Virus record (IMG/VR): IMGVR_UViG_3300030085_002431
Location: 62,001-126,000 of that record
Direction: 5' to 3' (one strand)
DNA: 64,000 nucleotides
Shown here: in pieces, positions 11,201-20,770 of the stretch
Position numbering within the stretch: position 1 is the stretch's first letter
Layout of the letters: each line of letters begins with the position of its first letter
Made by a program: the position numbers and the translations under genes
The notes under the pieces: generated by a model
What the model saw: only the letters and a program-made list of their open reading frames with translations
Databases searched by the model: none
Told to the model about the DNA's origin: nothing

Positions 11201-11396
11201 ACTAAAAGTTTCTATCGTCAGTGGTACTTTCCAGAAAGGAGAAAAAATCGTTGGTAATGAGAGTTCTGCATCTCACAAGATTAATTCAATTTTCTCAGAT
11301 GACATCTATGATGATTTCGCAGAGAATGATGTTATAGAGACTGAAGCAGACAAGATTCTTGACTTCACTGAAAAGAACCCATTTGGAGAGCTCTAA
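8205..11396 (+). CDS. gp14: Neck protein gp14 with a very large repeat/adhesin-like insertion
   Basis: N-terminal gp14 motifs (EQRLVQDLINEQL.IYGQDVVYMPR, RPQEGDLIYLP, PFYQL) and C-terminal ILDFTEKNPFGE; about 800 aa inserted between them. Start is 8205 (ATG) or 8196. Confidence 0.9.
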   Translation: MAPLNSYFLQGSPSEQRLVQDLINEQLSIYGQDVVYMPRKIINEEKVIKEITVSKFDDSFRIEAYISTFDGYGGQGDILSKFGVRSTDEITFVISKERYADFITPKISLFKDQVKTAERPQEGDLIYLPLDNSLFEIKYVEMKAPFYQLNNLYVYELRCELFEYEDEIIDTDIAEVDESVQDFGYIQTLVMHNSTTFIQARASSIDLHASLVGTRPGLPKYGVVYIDIINGGSGYLTPPEVRFKKPGGFGILPTVEAILDRGSISKVLISHPGMGYTFAPEITFHGGGGVGAAATAVIAKGIPLVGLTTGGVGYSTAPNVYINNPVNPNSPNGFDPIFNPKYITRLNSVGNVVSILAEQVGGKYDEFASGAGLPPSAAIDPQSPTFINRQGATATATVGAGGSVTAISITNGGAGYNSAPVVSISTAPDTTTTSIETILLEDVGLGYTVGTYTLRPFPGQNPTPVGANGIVSIDSVGVGGSITGISVSAGGTNFAVGERYIFGGNVGASTITSSLLGAASLTASTEPTEYQDNDDDWWELDLPWNIIYAGSEYAKVFVSTNNFLTFIEGSDEYDHEYPDTPELPKIRIRADDNSVQRIYYGTEGTAPNRTFRIRSEGTNDTEGILGDPNMVYEAIFYEATPNQIDIQNGELARNDQSDYPGVSGAFSDDALLVTGNLGTPFSGTRLTSSALPGNGARINVTGLATDIGVTATATAVVGSGGTIGAITITNPGAGYTITPTVDIALPIIPNSANFREATATSTIGTSGTVTSLTITDNGLGYGSAPVVSISTAPYRDDSIQHFRLNSSGIRTGDVYTQGPGGNSSGVGGFSGSHGSNYDVGDILRMDPPSHLTGSGAIIRVDSVQSEGSVTGFTMLYGGSNYQTVQNFSMDLYDATYVTAAGLGTGTQLRLVVDTVETVQGVNATATAVLGVGGSVTGLTITNPGLGYSNAPTVTMSPATAPGSNTIGITTGHFKFNETVTGQTSGVTGVVKSWDHDTRTLKVSIVSGTFQKGEKIVGNESSASHKINSIFSDDIYDDFAENDVIETEADKILDFTEKNPFGEL
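9460..10582 (+). repeat. Near-identical 28-nt direct repeats within the gp14 insertion
   Basis: caccagtggtaagtatttccacggcacc (about 9460) versus caccagttgtaagtatttccacagcacc (about 10555); protein repeat ATATA..G..G.V....ITN.G.GY..AP.V.IS occurs at least 4 times. Confidence 0.7.
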
Positions 11397-11420
11397 ATAC
11401 TTTTATCATAATATATTGAC

Positions 11421-12467
11421 ATGTTTGGTTCCTATCACTATCACGAAATTATAAAGAGGACAATCGTTGCTTTTGGCACATTGTTCAACAATCTTTATAT
11501 CAAACACCAGGATGGCACTGGTGCTGATAATAGTGTCATAAAGGTTCCTATTTCATATGGTCCTGTTCAGAAGTTTCTTGCCAGATTAGATGAGAAACCA
11601 GATCTGAGAAGAAGAGTTGCAATTACTCTTCCTCGGATGTCATTTGAGATGACAGATATTGTTTATGATGCTTCCAGAAAAGTATCTTCCGTTCAGAAGT
11701 TTCAAGCAAATAGAGAAGGAGTTGGACCAATTCAGGTTTATATGCCTGCACCATACAATCTTAGTATTGAACTGAGTATTATAACTAAGTATCAAGATGA
11801 CATGCTCCAAATTTTGGAGCAGATTTTACCATACTTCCAACCACAGTTTAATCTAACAGTTGACTTGGTAAATTCTATTGGTGAAAAGAGAGATATTCCA
11901 ATCACCCTAGAAGGAATTAGTATGCAAGATGACTATGAGGGTGACTATACAACTAGAAGAAGTTTAGTATATACTCTTAGATTTACTGCTAAGACATCAA
12001 TCTTTGGTAAGATTGACGATAAGGAAGGACCAATCATCAAGAAAGTTACCGTTGATTATTATGGTGATACTGACAGACAAGAAGCTTCCAGACAGTTGAG
12101 ATATCAGGTAACACCAAGAGCAATTAAAGATTATAACAATGATAATACTACGACTCTTGAAGCAGACATCAGTGAAACACAAAGAACATTTGATGTATCT
12201 AATGCATCTCAGTTTGTAGTAGATTCATATATTATGATTAATGAAGAGTCAATGCTGATTACCAAGATTGCAGGTAATACATTGACGGTTACAAGAGGTA
12301 TGGATAAGACAATCAATGCCAAGCATCAAGTTGGTGATCAAATCAATATGATTAATGCTGCTGACGATGCACTCATTAACTATGATGATGAGTTTGGTTT
12401 CAATGAAGACCTCTTCGACTTTGGAGATGGACGACTGTATAGTCCCAGAAAGGATACTGACGTATGA
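11421..12467 (+). CDS. gp15: Tail terminator / sheath stabiliser gp15
   Basis: YHEIIKRTIVAFGTLFNN, KVPISYGP.QKFLARL, LPRMSFE, QILEQILPYFQP. Confidence 0.95.
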   Translation: MFGSYHYHEIIKRTIVAFGTLFNNLYIKHQDGTGADNSVIKVPISYGPVQKFLARLDEKPDLRRRVAITLPRMSFEMTDIVYDASRKVSSVQKFQANREGVGPIQVYMPAPYNLSIELSIITKYQDDMLQILEQILPYFQPQFNLTVDLVNSIGEKRDIPITLEGISMQDDYEGDYTTRRSLVYTLRFTAKTSIFGKIDDKEGPIIKKVTVDYYGDTDRQEASRQLRYQVTPRAIKDYNNDNTTTLEADISETQRTFDVSNASQFVVDSYIMINEESMLITKIAGNTLTVTRGMDKTINAKHQVGDQINMINAADDALINYDDEFGFNEDLFDFGDGRLYSPRKDTDV

Positions 12468-12889
12468 AGAATGATTTTGATGCGATAAACGATTCACTGG
12501 ATATAGAAGCAACTCCTACTGAGATTGTTTCTACTCCCGATACTTCTCTTAGAAAAACTCCTAAAAAGGGAGAAAAAGAAGAGACTGACTATGATTATGA
12601 TTATACTAGAGGGCAACTCTATAGTCTAATAGAAAAAGGACAAGAAGCAGTTGATGGAATCTTAGATATTGCTCAGCAGTCTGACTCTCCAAGAGCATAT
12701 GAAGTTGCTGGTCAACTTATTAAAAACGTTGCTGATACAACAGATAAGTTACTAGACCTTCAAGCAAAACTTAAAAAGTTAAAAGAAGAAGAAGCAGGTC
12801 CAAAGAATGTTACCAACAACAATACTATGTTTGTTGGTTCAACAGCAGAACTACAAAAACTGCTGAAGAAAGGTTTACCAAAAGAATAA
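12464..12889 (+). CDS. gp16: Terminase small subunit gp16
   Basis: DYDYTRGQLYSLIEKGQEA, SPRAYEVAGQLIK, FVGSTAELQK. Confidence 0.95.
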   Translation: MKNDFDAINDSLDIEATPTEIVSTPDTSLRKTPKKGEKEETDYDYDYTRGQLYSLIEKGQEAVDGILDIAQQSDSPRAYEVAGQLIKNVADTTDKLLDLQAKLKKLKEEEAGPKNVTNNNTMFVGSTAELQKLLKKGLPKE

Positions 12890-12912
12890 ATAGTTAAAAA
12901 TTGTATCTTCCA

Positions 12913-13620
12913 ATGAAATCTTTTGCGGAATTTATTGATGAATCGAAGAGTGGTGATAGTTCTCTGCGTGACTGGTTTAGCAAGAGTTCTTCTGATGATG
13001 GCACCCCTGGTTGGGTTCAGTTGGGTGGCAAATATGCAGGGAAACCCTGTGCAAGACAACCAGGACAAAAGACCAAACCAAAGTGTGGGTCTTCAAAAAT
13101 GAAGAGAAACCTCTCAAAGGAAGAGGAAGAAAAGGCATTTAGACGCAAGAACCGTGAAGACGGTAATCCAGATCGCAGAGGTAAAGCAAAGAACGTTGCT
13201 ACTGAAGAAACTGTTCTGGAGAAAGCAGGTGAAAAGGATGCGTGCTATAAAAAGGTCAAGTCTCGTTATAGAGTTTGGCCAAGTGCATACGCATCTGGAG
13301 CACTTGTAAAATGTCGCAAAGTTGGTGCTGCGAACTGGGGTAATAAAACTAAGAAGGAAGACTTCTCCCCAAAAGCAACAGCACTAGTGGAGAGATATAC
13401 TAAATTACAGGAGAGAGGCAAAACTTATCACGTCCGTTTTCAGTGGAGAGGGAAGTACGAAGGTATCCAAATATTCTTCCCAAGTCTGACAACACCCACT
13501 AAAATGGAAGTGTCTGCCCAGATTGAAAAAATCTATCCTGGTGCAACAGTAATCTCTTTTGGTCCACACTTTAGAGACCCAACCCAACCATTACTACATG
13601 TAGGAGAAGACAACCCATGA
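12913..13620 (+). CDS. Conserved basic modular phage protein, putative internal head protein
   Basis: Starts MKSFAEFIDE (T4 capsid-targeting-like); contains DACYKKVKSRYRVWPSAYASGALVKCRK; TAAATA at 12887. Confidence 0.6.
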   Translation: MKSFAEFIDESKSGDSSLRDWFSKSSSDDGTPGWVQLGGKYAGKPCARQPGQKTKPKCGSSKMKRNLSKEEEEKAFRRKNREDGNPDRRGKAKNVATEETVLEKAGEKDACYKKVKSRYRVWPSAYASGALVKCRKVGAANWGNKTKKEDFSPKATALVERYTKLQERGKTYHVRFQWRGKYEGIQIFFPSLTTPTKMEVSAQIEKIYPGATVISFGPHFRDPTQPLLHVGEDNP

Positions 13621-13793
13621 ATCCTGATGAAATAACACTTGATTCTCTTTCCAAGACGTTTGAATACGAGAAACAAGTACGAGAAATCGAGGACTGTGAT
13701 GATATTAAAACAATCAAAAATATTTGTAAAGCATATATTAAGTTATATCTAAAACAGCAAGAAACAGTTGCTGCAATTGGTTTAATGAGTTAA
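13617..13793 (+). CDS. 58-aa helix-loop-helix protein, NblA-like (phycobilisome degradation adaptor candidate)
   Basis: Below the track cutoff. MNPDEITLDSLSKTFEYEKQVREIEDCDDIKTIKNICKAYIKLYLKQQETVAAIGLMS; AGGAGA upstream; ATGA overlap with the previous stop. Confidence 0.5.
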   Translation: MNPDEITLDSLSKTFEYEKQVREIEDCDDIKTIKNICKAYIKLYLKQQETVAAIGLMS

Positions 13794-13802
13794 AAATTTT
13801 TC

Positions 13803-15452
13803 ATGGCTGACAAACATTATAAGGGCAATCCAAATCTCAAAGCAGAGAATGTCCAGGTTGAATTTACTGAAGAGCAAATTTCTGAGTATCTAAAATGCAA
13901 AGCAGATCCAGTTTATTTTGCACTTAAGTATATTCGTATCGTTTCTCTGGATGAGGGTTTGATTCCCTTTGACATGTATGACTTCCAGAAAGATTTAATT
14001 AAAAACTTTCACGAACAACGTTTTAATATTGCGAAACTACCTCGTCAGACTGGAAAGTCTACGACTGTGGTTTCGTATCTACTTCATTATGCACTGTTCA
14101 ACGATAATATTAGGATTGCAATCCTAGCAAACAAAGCAGAGACTGCAAGAGAACTGCTTCAGAGGTTGCAACTTTCTTATGAGAATTTACCAAAGTGGTT
14201 ACAGCAAGGTGTTGGTTCTTGGAACAAGGGTTCTCTAGAACTTGAGAATGGTTCTAAGATTATTGCTGCATCCACCTCCAGTTCTGCTGTCCGAGGAAAT
14301 TCATTTAACATCATTTTCTTGGACGAATTTGCGTTCATCCCAAACCATATTGCAGAGCAGTTCTTTAGTTCTGTATATCCAACGATTTCATCTGGTAAAA
14401 CAACCAAGGTTATTATCATTTCTACCCCTAACGGGATGAATATGTTCTATAAACTTTGGCACGATGCTGAACGTGGAAAGAATGATTACAAACCATTAGA
14501 AGTTCATTGGAGTGCAGTTCCTGGTAGGGATGCAAAATGGAAAGAAGAAACCATACGTAATACATCAGAGAGACAGTTTACTCAGGAGTTTGAGTGTGAG
14601 TTCCTGGGGTCTGTTGATACTCTTATTGCGCCTTCTAAACTTAGAAATATGGTCTATAGTGATCCTATACAAAGAAATAAGGGTCTAGATGTATATGAAG
14701 AACCAAAACCAGACCACCAATACTTAATGACAGTTGACGTTGCCAGAGGAACTGGAAAAGACTACTCTGCGTTTGTCATGTTTGATATTACAAGTTTCCC
14801 GTACAAGATTGTTGCAAAGTATAGGAATAATGAAATTAAACCAATGCTATTCCCAAATATTATTGATAGGGTAGGAAAGGCATATAATAAATCTTTCATT
14901 CTAGTTGAGGTCAATGATATTGGTGAACAGGTTTCCAGTATGCTTCAATTTGATTTGGAGTATGACAACCTTCTGATGTGTGCCATGAGAGGTAGAGCAG
15001 GTCAAATGGTTGGTCAGGGATTTTCTGGTAAGAAATCTCAGTTAGGAATTAAAATGTCCAAAACTGTAAAACAAGTTGGGTGCTCCAACTTAAAAACAGT
15101 TATTGAAGATGATAAGTTGCTTATAAATGATTATGATATCATCAGTGAATTAACAACATTTATTCAAAAGAATCAAACATTTGTAGCAGAAGATGGTTGC
15201 CATGACGACCTTGCTATGTGTCTTGTTATTTTCTCTTGGTTGATTGTTCAACCATACTTTAAAGAAATGACGGATAATGATATCCGAAAAAGAATTTATG
15301 AGGACCAAAGAGACCAGATTGAACAAGACATGGCACCATTCGGATTTGTAAGTGATGGTTTATCTGACGACAGTTCATTTGTAGATGCTGCTGGTGATAG
15401 ATGGCATACAGATGAGTATGGTGACCGTTCATATATGTGGGAGTATTATTGA
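13803..15452 (+). CDS. gp17: Terminase large subunit gp17
   Basis: PRQTGKST Walker A, IIFLDEFAF Walker B, ISTPNG, RNase H-like DVARG...HDDL. Confidence 0.98.
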   Translation: MADKHYKGNPNLKAENVQVEFTEEQISEYLKCKADPVYFALKYIRIVSLDEGLIPFDMYDFQKDLIKNFHEQRFNIAKLPRQTGKSTTVVSYLLHYALFNDNIRIAILANKAETARELLQRLQLSYENLPKWLQQGVGSWNKGSLELENGSKIIAASTSSSAVRGNSFNIIFLDEFAFIPNHIAEQFFSSVYPTISSGKTTKVIIISTPNGMNMFYKLWHDAERGKNDYKPLEVHWSAVPGRDAKWKEETIRNTSERQFTQEFECEFLGSVDTLIAPSKLRNMVYSDPIQRNKGLDVYEEPKPDHQYLMTVDVARGTGKDYSAFVMFDITSFPYKIVAKYRNNEIKPMLFPNIIDRVGKAYNKSFILVEVNDIGEQVSSMLQFDLEYDNLLMCAMRGRAGQMVGQGFSGKKSQLGIKMSKTVKQVGCSNLKTVIEDDKLLINDYDIISELTTFIQKNQTFVAEDGCHDDLAMCLVIFSWLIVQPYFKEMTDNDIRKRIYEDQRDQIEQDMAPFGFVSDGLSDDSSFVDAAGDRWHTDEYGDRSYMWEYY

Positions 15453-15676
15453 TGGACCTCGGTGATGATTTTTCTTTTTCATTTCCTAAAGATAGAAAAT
15501 GTAGAGTTTGTGGAAAGGTGAAAGACTTAGAGACTGGATTCTACAAAACTAGAAAAGAAAAAGGAAGTTCGTCAGGTGCGTATTCATATGAGTGTAAGGA
15601 TTGCACAATTAGGAGAGTTTCCAGAAAAAAGAATAAAATAAAGAAGTTTATAGAGAGTGACTATCCAGACTGGTAA
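15452..15676 (+). CDS. Small zinc-finger protein (CxxC...CxxC)
   Basis: CRVCG...YECKDC; TGATG overlap with the gp17 stop. Confidence 0.6.
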   Translation: MDLGDDFSFSFPKDRKCRVCGKVKDLETGFYKTRKEKGSSSGAYSYECKDCTIRRVSRKKNKIKKFIESDYPDW

Positions 15677-15759
15677 ATGTTTCCCCAGTTTCCCCACTAA
15701 AAAGAGTCTGATTTCTAAATATTAGTAGACTAATATGAACTTCTTTAAGAGGGGACAAA

Positions 15760-18144
15760 ATGGCGTTAAATTTAGTATCACCAGGAGTACAGATAAGAGA
15801 GGTTGACTTAACTGTTGGAGCAATTACTGCTGCTAACGATCAAGTCGGTGCCTTTGCTGCTCCATTTTCAAAAGGTCCTGTCAATGAGCCTGTTCTCATT
15901 ACAACCGAAGCAGAGCTTCTCGATACTTTTGGAAAACCATCTGAAACTGATGGTCAAAATGAGTACTGGTTGTCAGCATCTAACTACCTCTCTTACGGTG
16001 GTGTAATGAGAGTTGTAAGAGTAAATGGAACTTCTCTTAACAATGCAAACTCAGATTCTCTTGTAGATCTATCGATTTTAAACGAAGAGGATTACGACAC
16101 AAATCATACATCAGATACAACTTGGGAATATGCTGCAAGAACTCCTGGTTCTTGGGCAAATGACCTGAAGGTTTGTACCATTGATGGAATGGCAGACCAA
16201 ACCATTTCTGGAATTGGAACCACTGCTACATCTGTAACTACAACAACCACAGTAGCAACTAAAACTGGTGATGTTGGTATTACCACCAACTTAATCACAG
16301 GAATCACTACTTCTTCACTAACTGTTGGTGACGAAGTTGTCAACGCAAACTTCCCAGCAGATACTCAAATTCTATCAATTGGTGTATCTCAGATTATAGT
16401 AGATGATGATTCAACCAATACTGGTGCATTAACAGCAGAAACTTTCACATTTACACAAGATACAACATCAACTGTTGCTACTGATGTTGTTGTTGGTTAT
16501 GCTGTAACCCAGGCACTTTCTTCTAGTTATGCAGAAGATGGTGAAGTTAAAACCTTCAATGGACAAATTAGAGGAATTATTACTGGAATTGGCCAAGAAG
16601 AAATCTACGTTAAGGTTGTAGATAGAATTCCATCAAGTACTGGAATTCCTGAACCAATTGAGTATAAGAATCCTGGACAGGGAACTAATGCATACTCATT
16701 CCAGAATGATGCTACTACTGATGTTCACATCGTAACTCAAGCAGGAATTACTACAAATAGTTTTTCCAGCACAGAGGCAAATGACTGGTATGAAACTCAG
16801 AAGTTAGGTTTATCTAACCAAACCATCTTCTGGAAGTCTATTGCACCAAAACCTGGAACCTCACAGTATGCTGAAGATAGAAGTGGTAAGAATGACCAAA
16901 TTCATATTGTAGTTGTTGATGACACTGGTAAAGTAAGTGGTACTGCTGGTTCTATTTTAGAGAAGTATACATTCCTTTCTAAGGCATACGACGCAAAAAT
17001 TAGTCCAACACAGGGAATTTACTACAAGGATTATCTAGCAACAAACTCGCAAAATATTTTTGCTGGTGTTGCAAGAGCACTTGTTGGTTCAAGCATACTT
17101 CCTGGTTCTGGAGGTGCATTTACTGTACCACTAGGTTCATGGGGTTCTGAGGCACAGGGAACATCATTTAATGTTTCTGGTAGTCAGTCTTATAAGTTCA
17201 GCAATGGTGTTGATTACTCTTCAACAAATGGAATGGCACCTACCCTAGGGGATGTGAATACAGCTTATGAAATCTTTAGAAATCCAGCAGAATATGATAT
17301 TGATTATCTAATCATGGGTCCATCTGGTGGAGCCAGCATATTTGAGTCACAAGCAAAGGCAACAACTCTGATGTCTATTGCAGATGAAAGAAAGGATTGC
17401 ATAGCAGTTATTTCTCCACACAGAGGTGATATTGTTGCACAGGCAAATACCACCACTCAAACTGATAAAGTTATTGAGTTCTTTGAACCACTTCCTTCAT
17501 CTTCTTATGCAGTATTTGACAGTGGTTATAAGTATACATTCGATAGATTTAATAACAAGTTTATCTATCTAGCACTTAATAGTGATATTGCAGGATTGAT
17601 GGCAAGAACAACTGCCGAAGATTTTGCTTGGTTCTCACCTGCAGGTGCTAATAGAGGTGCAATTAATAATGCTATCAAACTTGCATATAATCCATCTAAG
17701 GCACAGAGAGATCTACTTTACACTAAGAGAATCAATCCAGTGATTGCTTCTTCTGGACAAGGTATTATTCTCTTTGGTGATAAAACTGCTCTTGGTTATG
17801 CTTCTGCGTTCGACAGAATTAACGTTCGTAAACTCTTCCTCGCACTTGAAGATTCAATCGAGGGAGCAGCAAGAGCACAACTCTTTGAGTTCAATGATAC
17901 CACCACAAGAACAAACTTTATCAATATTGTTGAACCTTTCCTGAGAGATGTTAAGGGTAAGAGAGGTATCACAGAATTCATTATCGTTTGTGACGAAACT
18001 AACAACACACCTGATGTTGTTGATTCAAATCAGTTTAAAGCTGATATCTTCGTGAAACCAGCAAGATCAATTAACTTCATTGGTCTCACCTTCGTTGCTA
18101 CCCGTACTGGTGTTAGCTTCTCCGAAGTAGTTGGAACTGTTTGA
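15760..18144 (+). CDS. gp18: Tail sheath protein gp18 (with a Thr-rich inserted domain)
   Basis: LVSPGVQIREVDLT, WFSPAG..RG, FDRINVRKLF, IFVKPARSINFI; TAAATA at 15716. Confidence 0.97.
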   Translation: MALNLVSPGVQIREVDLTVGAITAANDQVGAFAAPFSKGPVNEPVLITTEAELLDTFGKPSETDGQNEYWLSASNYLSYGGVMRVVRVNGTSLNNANSDSLVDLSILNEEDYDTNHTSDTTWEYAARTPGSWANDLKVCTIDGMADQTISGIGTTATSVTTTTTVATKTGDVGITTNLITGITTSSLTVGDEVVNANFPADTQILSIGVSQIIVDDDSTNTGALTAETFTFTQDTTSTVATDVVVGYAVTQALSSSYAEDGEVKTFNGQIRGIITGIGQEEIYVKVVDRIPSSTGIPEPIEYKNPGQGTNAYSFQNDATTDVHIVTQAGITTNSFSSTEANDWYETQKLGLSNQTIFWKSIAPKPGTSQYAEDRSGKNDQIHIVVVDDTGKVSGTAGSILEKYTFLSKAYDAKISPTQGIYYKDYLATNSQNIFAGVARALVGSSILPGSGGAFTVPLGSWGSEAQGTSFNVSGSQSYKFSNGVDYSSTNGMAPTLGDVNTAYEIFRNPAEYDIDYLIMGPSGGASIFESQAKATTLMSIADERKDCIAVISPHRGDIVAQANTTTQTDKVIEFFEPLPSSSYAVFDSGYKYTFDRFNNKFIYLALNSDIAGLMARTTAEDFAWFSPAGANRGAINNAIKLAYNPSKAQRDLLYTKRINPVIASSGQGIILFGDKTALGYASAFDRINVRKLFLALEDSIEGAARAQLFEFNDTTTRTNFINIVEPFLRDVKGKRGITEFIIVCDETNNTPDVVDSNQFKADIFVKPARSINFIGLTFVATRTGVSFSEVVGTV

Positions 18145-18180
18145 TTTATTATTGATTAAAACATTAAGAGGAACCTATCG

Positions 18181-18831
18181 ATGTCAAACGCAACTAACAA
18201 CACCCCACTTTACAATACCAGAACACTCAGTGATTTTAAATCAAGACTAGTTGGTGGTGGTGCAAGACCCAATCTCTTTGAGTGTGTTCTTGCATTCCCC
18301 TCTGGTCTTAGCACCGAAGTTAAAGTTGATGAAGACTTCACCTTCATGGTGAAGGCTGCTCAACTTCCAGCATCCAATGTCAACGTAATTGACATTCCTT
18401 TCAGAGGCAGAAACCTCAAAGTTGCTGGTGATAGAACATTCGATCCATGGACAATCACTGTCATTAACGACACCAACTTCAAACTCAGAAATGCGTTTGA
18501 AAGATGGATGAACTTCATCAACAGACATGATGATAATGCAGGTGTTATCACTCCTGCTGCTTATCAGACTGAGATGCTAGTTCACCAACTTGGTAGAGGA
18601 AATGAAGTAAATGGAACTAATGGAAAACTTCCATCAAATAATGCAAAAATCCCAGTTCTCAAAACTTACAAGTTCTATGGAACTTTCCCAACAAACGTAA
18701 GTCCAATTGAACTTTCTTATGATGCAGCAGATTCCGTTGAGGAATTCACAGTTGACCTACAGGTTCAGTGGTGGGATGCTCTTGATCCAGAATCTGGCAA
18801 TTCAATTCTTGGTACTTCAGAAACCACCTAA
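18181..18831 (+). CDS. gp19: Tail tube protein gp19
   Basis: GGGARPNLFE, PFRGRNLKVAGDRTFDPWTITVIND, EEFTVDLQVQWW. Confidence 0.97.
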   Translation: MSNATNNTPLYNTRTLSDFKSRLVGGGARPNLFECVLAFPSGLSTEVKVDEDFTFMVKAAQLPASNVNVIDIPFRGRNLKVAGDRTFDPWTITVINDTNFKLRNAFERWMNFINRHDDNAGVITPAAYQTEMLVHQLGRGNEVNGTNGKLPSNNAKIPVLKTYKFYGTFPTNVSPIELSYDAADSVEEFTVDLQVQWWDALDPESGNSILGTSETT

Positions 18832-18865
18832 ATACTAGGACAAGACAGTCCAGTATTTCGTAGAG

Positions 18866-20512
18866 ATGCCTAAATTATTTGGTTACAAGTTTGAGGAATC
18901 GGATAATAAGAAGAACGATTCGGTTCTTTCTCCGATTCCTCAAAATGATGAGGATAAGTCTGATTTTTACTTATCTAGTGGTTTTTATGGTCAATATGTA
19001 GATATTGAAGGTGTCTATAAAAACGAACAAGATTTAATTCGTAGATATAGAGAAATGGCACTACACCCTGAGTGTGATAGTGCCATTGAAGATATTGTTG
19101 ATGAAGCAATCGTCTCAGACCTGAACGATTCACCAGTGGAAATCGAACTTTCTAATGTTCCTGGTTCGGATAAACTAAAGGAAAGCATTAGAGAAGAGTT
19201 CAAATACATTAAGGAAATCATGGACTTCGATAAGAAGGCTCATGAGATTTTTCGTAACTGGTATATTGATGGAAGAGTCTATTACCATAAGGTAATTGAT
19301 GTCAAAAAACCAGAAGAGGGTTTGAAAGAAGTCCGTTATGTTGACCCTCTTAAAATTCGTTACGTAAGAAAGTTAAAGAAGAACAAAGAGGATAATCTTT
19401 CTGGAATTACTAGAGCAATTGCAGCACAAGATAATTCTTTCACAAACCCAGAAATAGAAGAGTATTATCTCTACAATCCTAATGGTGCTCTTAAGGGTGG
19501 TGGTGCAACTTATTCTGCTTCAAATTCAGATAACAAAGCAGTAAAAATTGCACCCGATTCAATTTCATTTGTTACTTCTGGTCTAGTTGATAGAAATAAG
19601 CAAACAATTCTTTCATATCTTCATAAAGCAATCAAATCTCTCAATCAACTTCGTATGATTGAGGACTCTCTTGTCATCTACAGATTATCAAGAGCACCAG
19701 AACGTAGAATTTTCTACATTGATGTTGGCAATCTTCCTAAGATTAAAGCAGAACAGTATCTGCGTGATGTCATGAATCGTTATCGTAACAAGTTGGTTTA
19801 CGATGCAAACACTGGTGAGATTCGTGATGATAGAAAATACATGGCAATGCTTGAGGATTTCTGGCTCCCTCGTCGTGAAGGTGGCAGAGGAACAGAAATC
19901 TCTACACTTCCTGGTGGTCAGAACTTAGGTGAACTTGCTGATATTGAGTATTTCCAGAAAAAACTATTCCGTTCACTGAATGTTCCAGAGACAAGAACTA
20001 ATGGAAGTAGTGGTTTTAGTCTTGGTCGTTCTTCTGAAATTCTAAGAGATGAAGTTCGTTTTACTAAATTTGTAGGAAGACTTCGCAAGAGATTTACAAG
20101 CCTCTTCAACGATATGTTGAAGACTCAACTTGTTCTAAAAAATATTGTTGCTCTAGAAGATTGGGATAGACTTTCCGACCATATTCAGTATGACTTCCTG
20201 TATGACAATCATTTCTCTGAACTAAAAGAAACCGAACTTCTCAATGATAAGTTGGCAGCATGTGCAGCAATCGAACCTTATCTTGGTAAGTACTTCTCTG
20301 CTGAGTATGTAAGAACCAAAATCCTTAAGCAAACTGATGGTGAGATTAAGGAAATGGATAAGCAGATGAAGAAAGAAATTGATGATGGAATCATTATGGA
20401 TCCTAAACTAATGAACATGCCTGAAGACCCTGCTGCAGCACCACCAATAGCAGGTGGACAAGCACCAGCAATGGGAGATGCTATCAGTGAACCAGGAGCT
20501 GGTGAAATCTGA
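18866..20512 (+). CDS. gp20: Portal protein gp20
   Basis: IYRLSRAPERRIFYIDVGNLP, EDFWLPRREGGRGTEI. Confidence 0.98.
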   Translation: MPKLFGYKFEESDNKKNDSVLSPIPQNDEDKSDFYLSSGFYGQYVDIEGVYKNEQDLIRRYREMALHPECDSAIEDIVDEAIVSDLNDSPVEIELSNVPGSDKLKESIREEFKYIKEIMDFDKKAHEIFRNWYIDGRVYYHKVIDVKKPEEGLKEVRYVDPLKIRYVRKLKKNKEDNLSGITRAIAAQDNSFTNPEIEEYYLYNPNGALKGGGATYSASNSDNKAVKIAPDSISFVTSGLVDRNKQTILSYLHKAIKSLNQLRMIEDSLVIYRLSRAPERRIFYIDVGNLPKIKAEQYLRDVMNRYRNKLVYDANTGEIRDDRKYMAMLEDFWLPRREGGRGTEISTLPGGQNLGELADIEYFQKKLFRSLNVPETRTNGSSGFSLGRSSEILRDEVRFTKFVGRLRKRFTSLFNDMLKTQLVLKNIVALEDWDRLSDHIQYDFLYDNHFSELKETELLNDKLAACAAIEPYLGKYFSAEYVRTKILKQTDGEIKEMDKQMKKEIDDGIIMDPKLMNMPEDPAAAPPIAGGQAPAMGDAISEPGAGEI

Positions 20513-20542
20513 TAAATAGTAAAAGTTAATTATTTTTAAACT

Positions 20543-20737
20543 ATGGAAGACGAAACTATGGAAGTGGAACAAGAATATGAGGCACCACGTCTTGTAGACA
20601 TTTTGGACAGTGATGATTCGTCCCGCATTAGTGATGCAATCAAAGATGTTTTGATGCAAAAGTCAGTCGAAAGAGTCGAATCTCAGAGACAAGCAGTTGT
20701 TTCTCAGATGTTCGATTTGGAAGATAATGCCGAGTGA
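20543..20737 (+). CDS. Small acidic protein, probable prohead core (gp67-like position)
   Basis: 64 aa acidic protein directly after gp20; TAAATA at 20513. Confidence 0.5.
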   Translation: MEDETMEVEQEYEAPRLVDILDSDDSSRISDAIKDVLMQKSVERVESQRQAVVSQMFDLEDNAE

Positions 20738-20770
20738 GTCTAAATAGAATATATCAGTACACATAGATAG

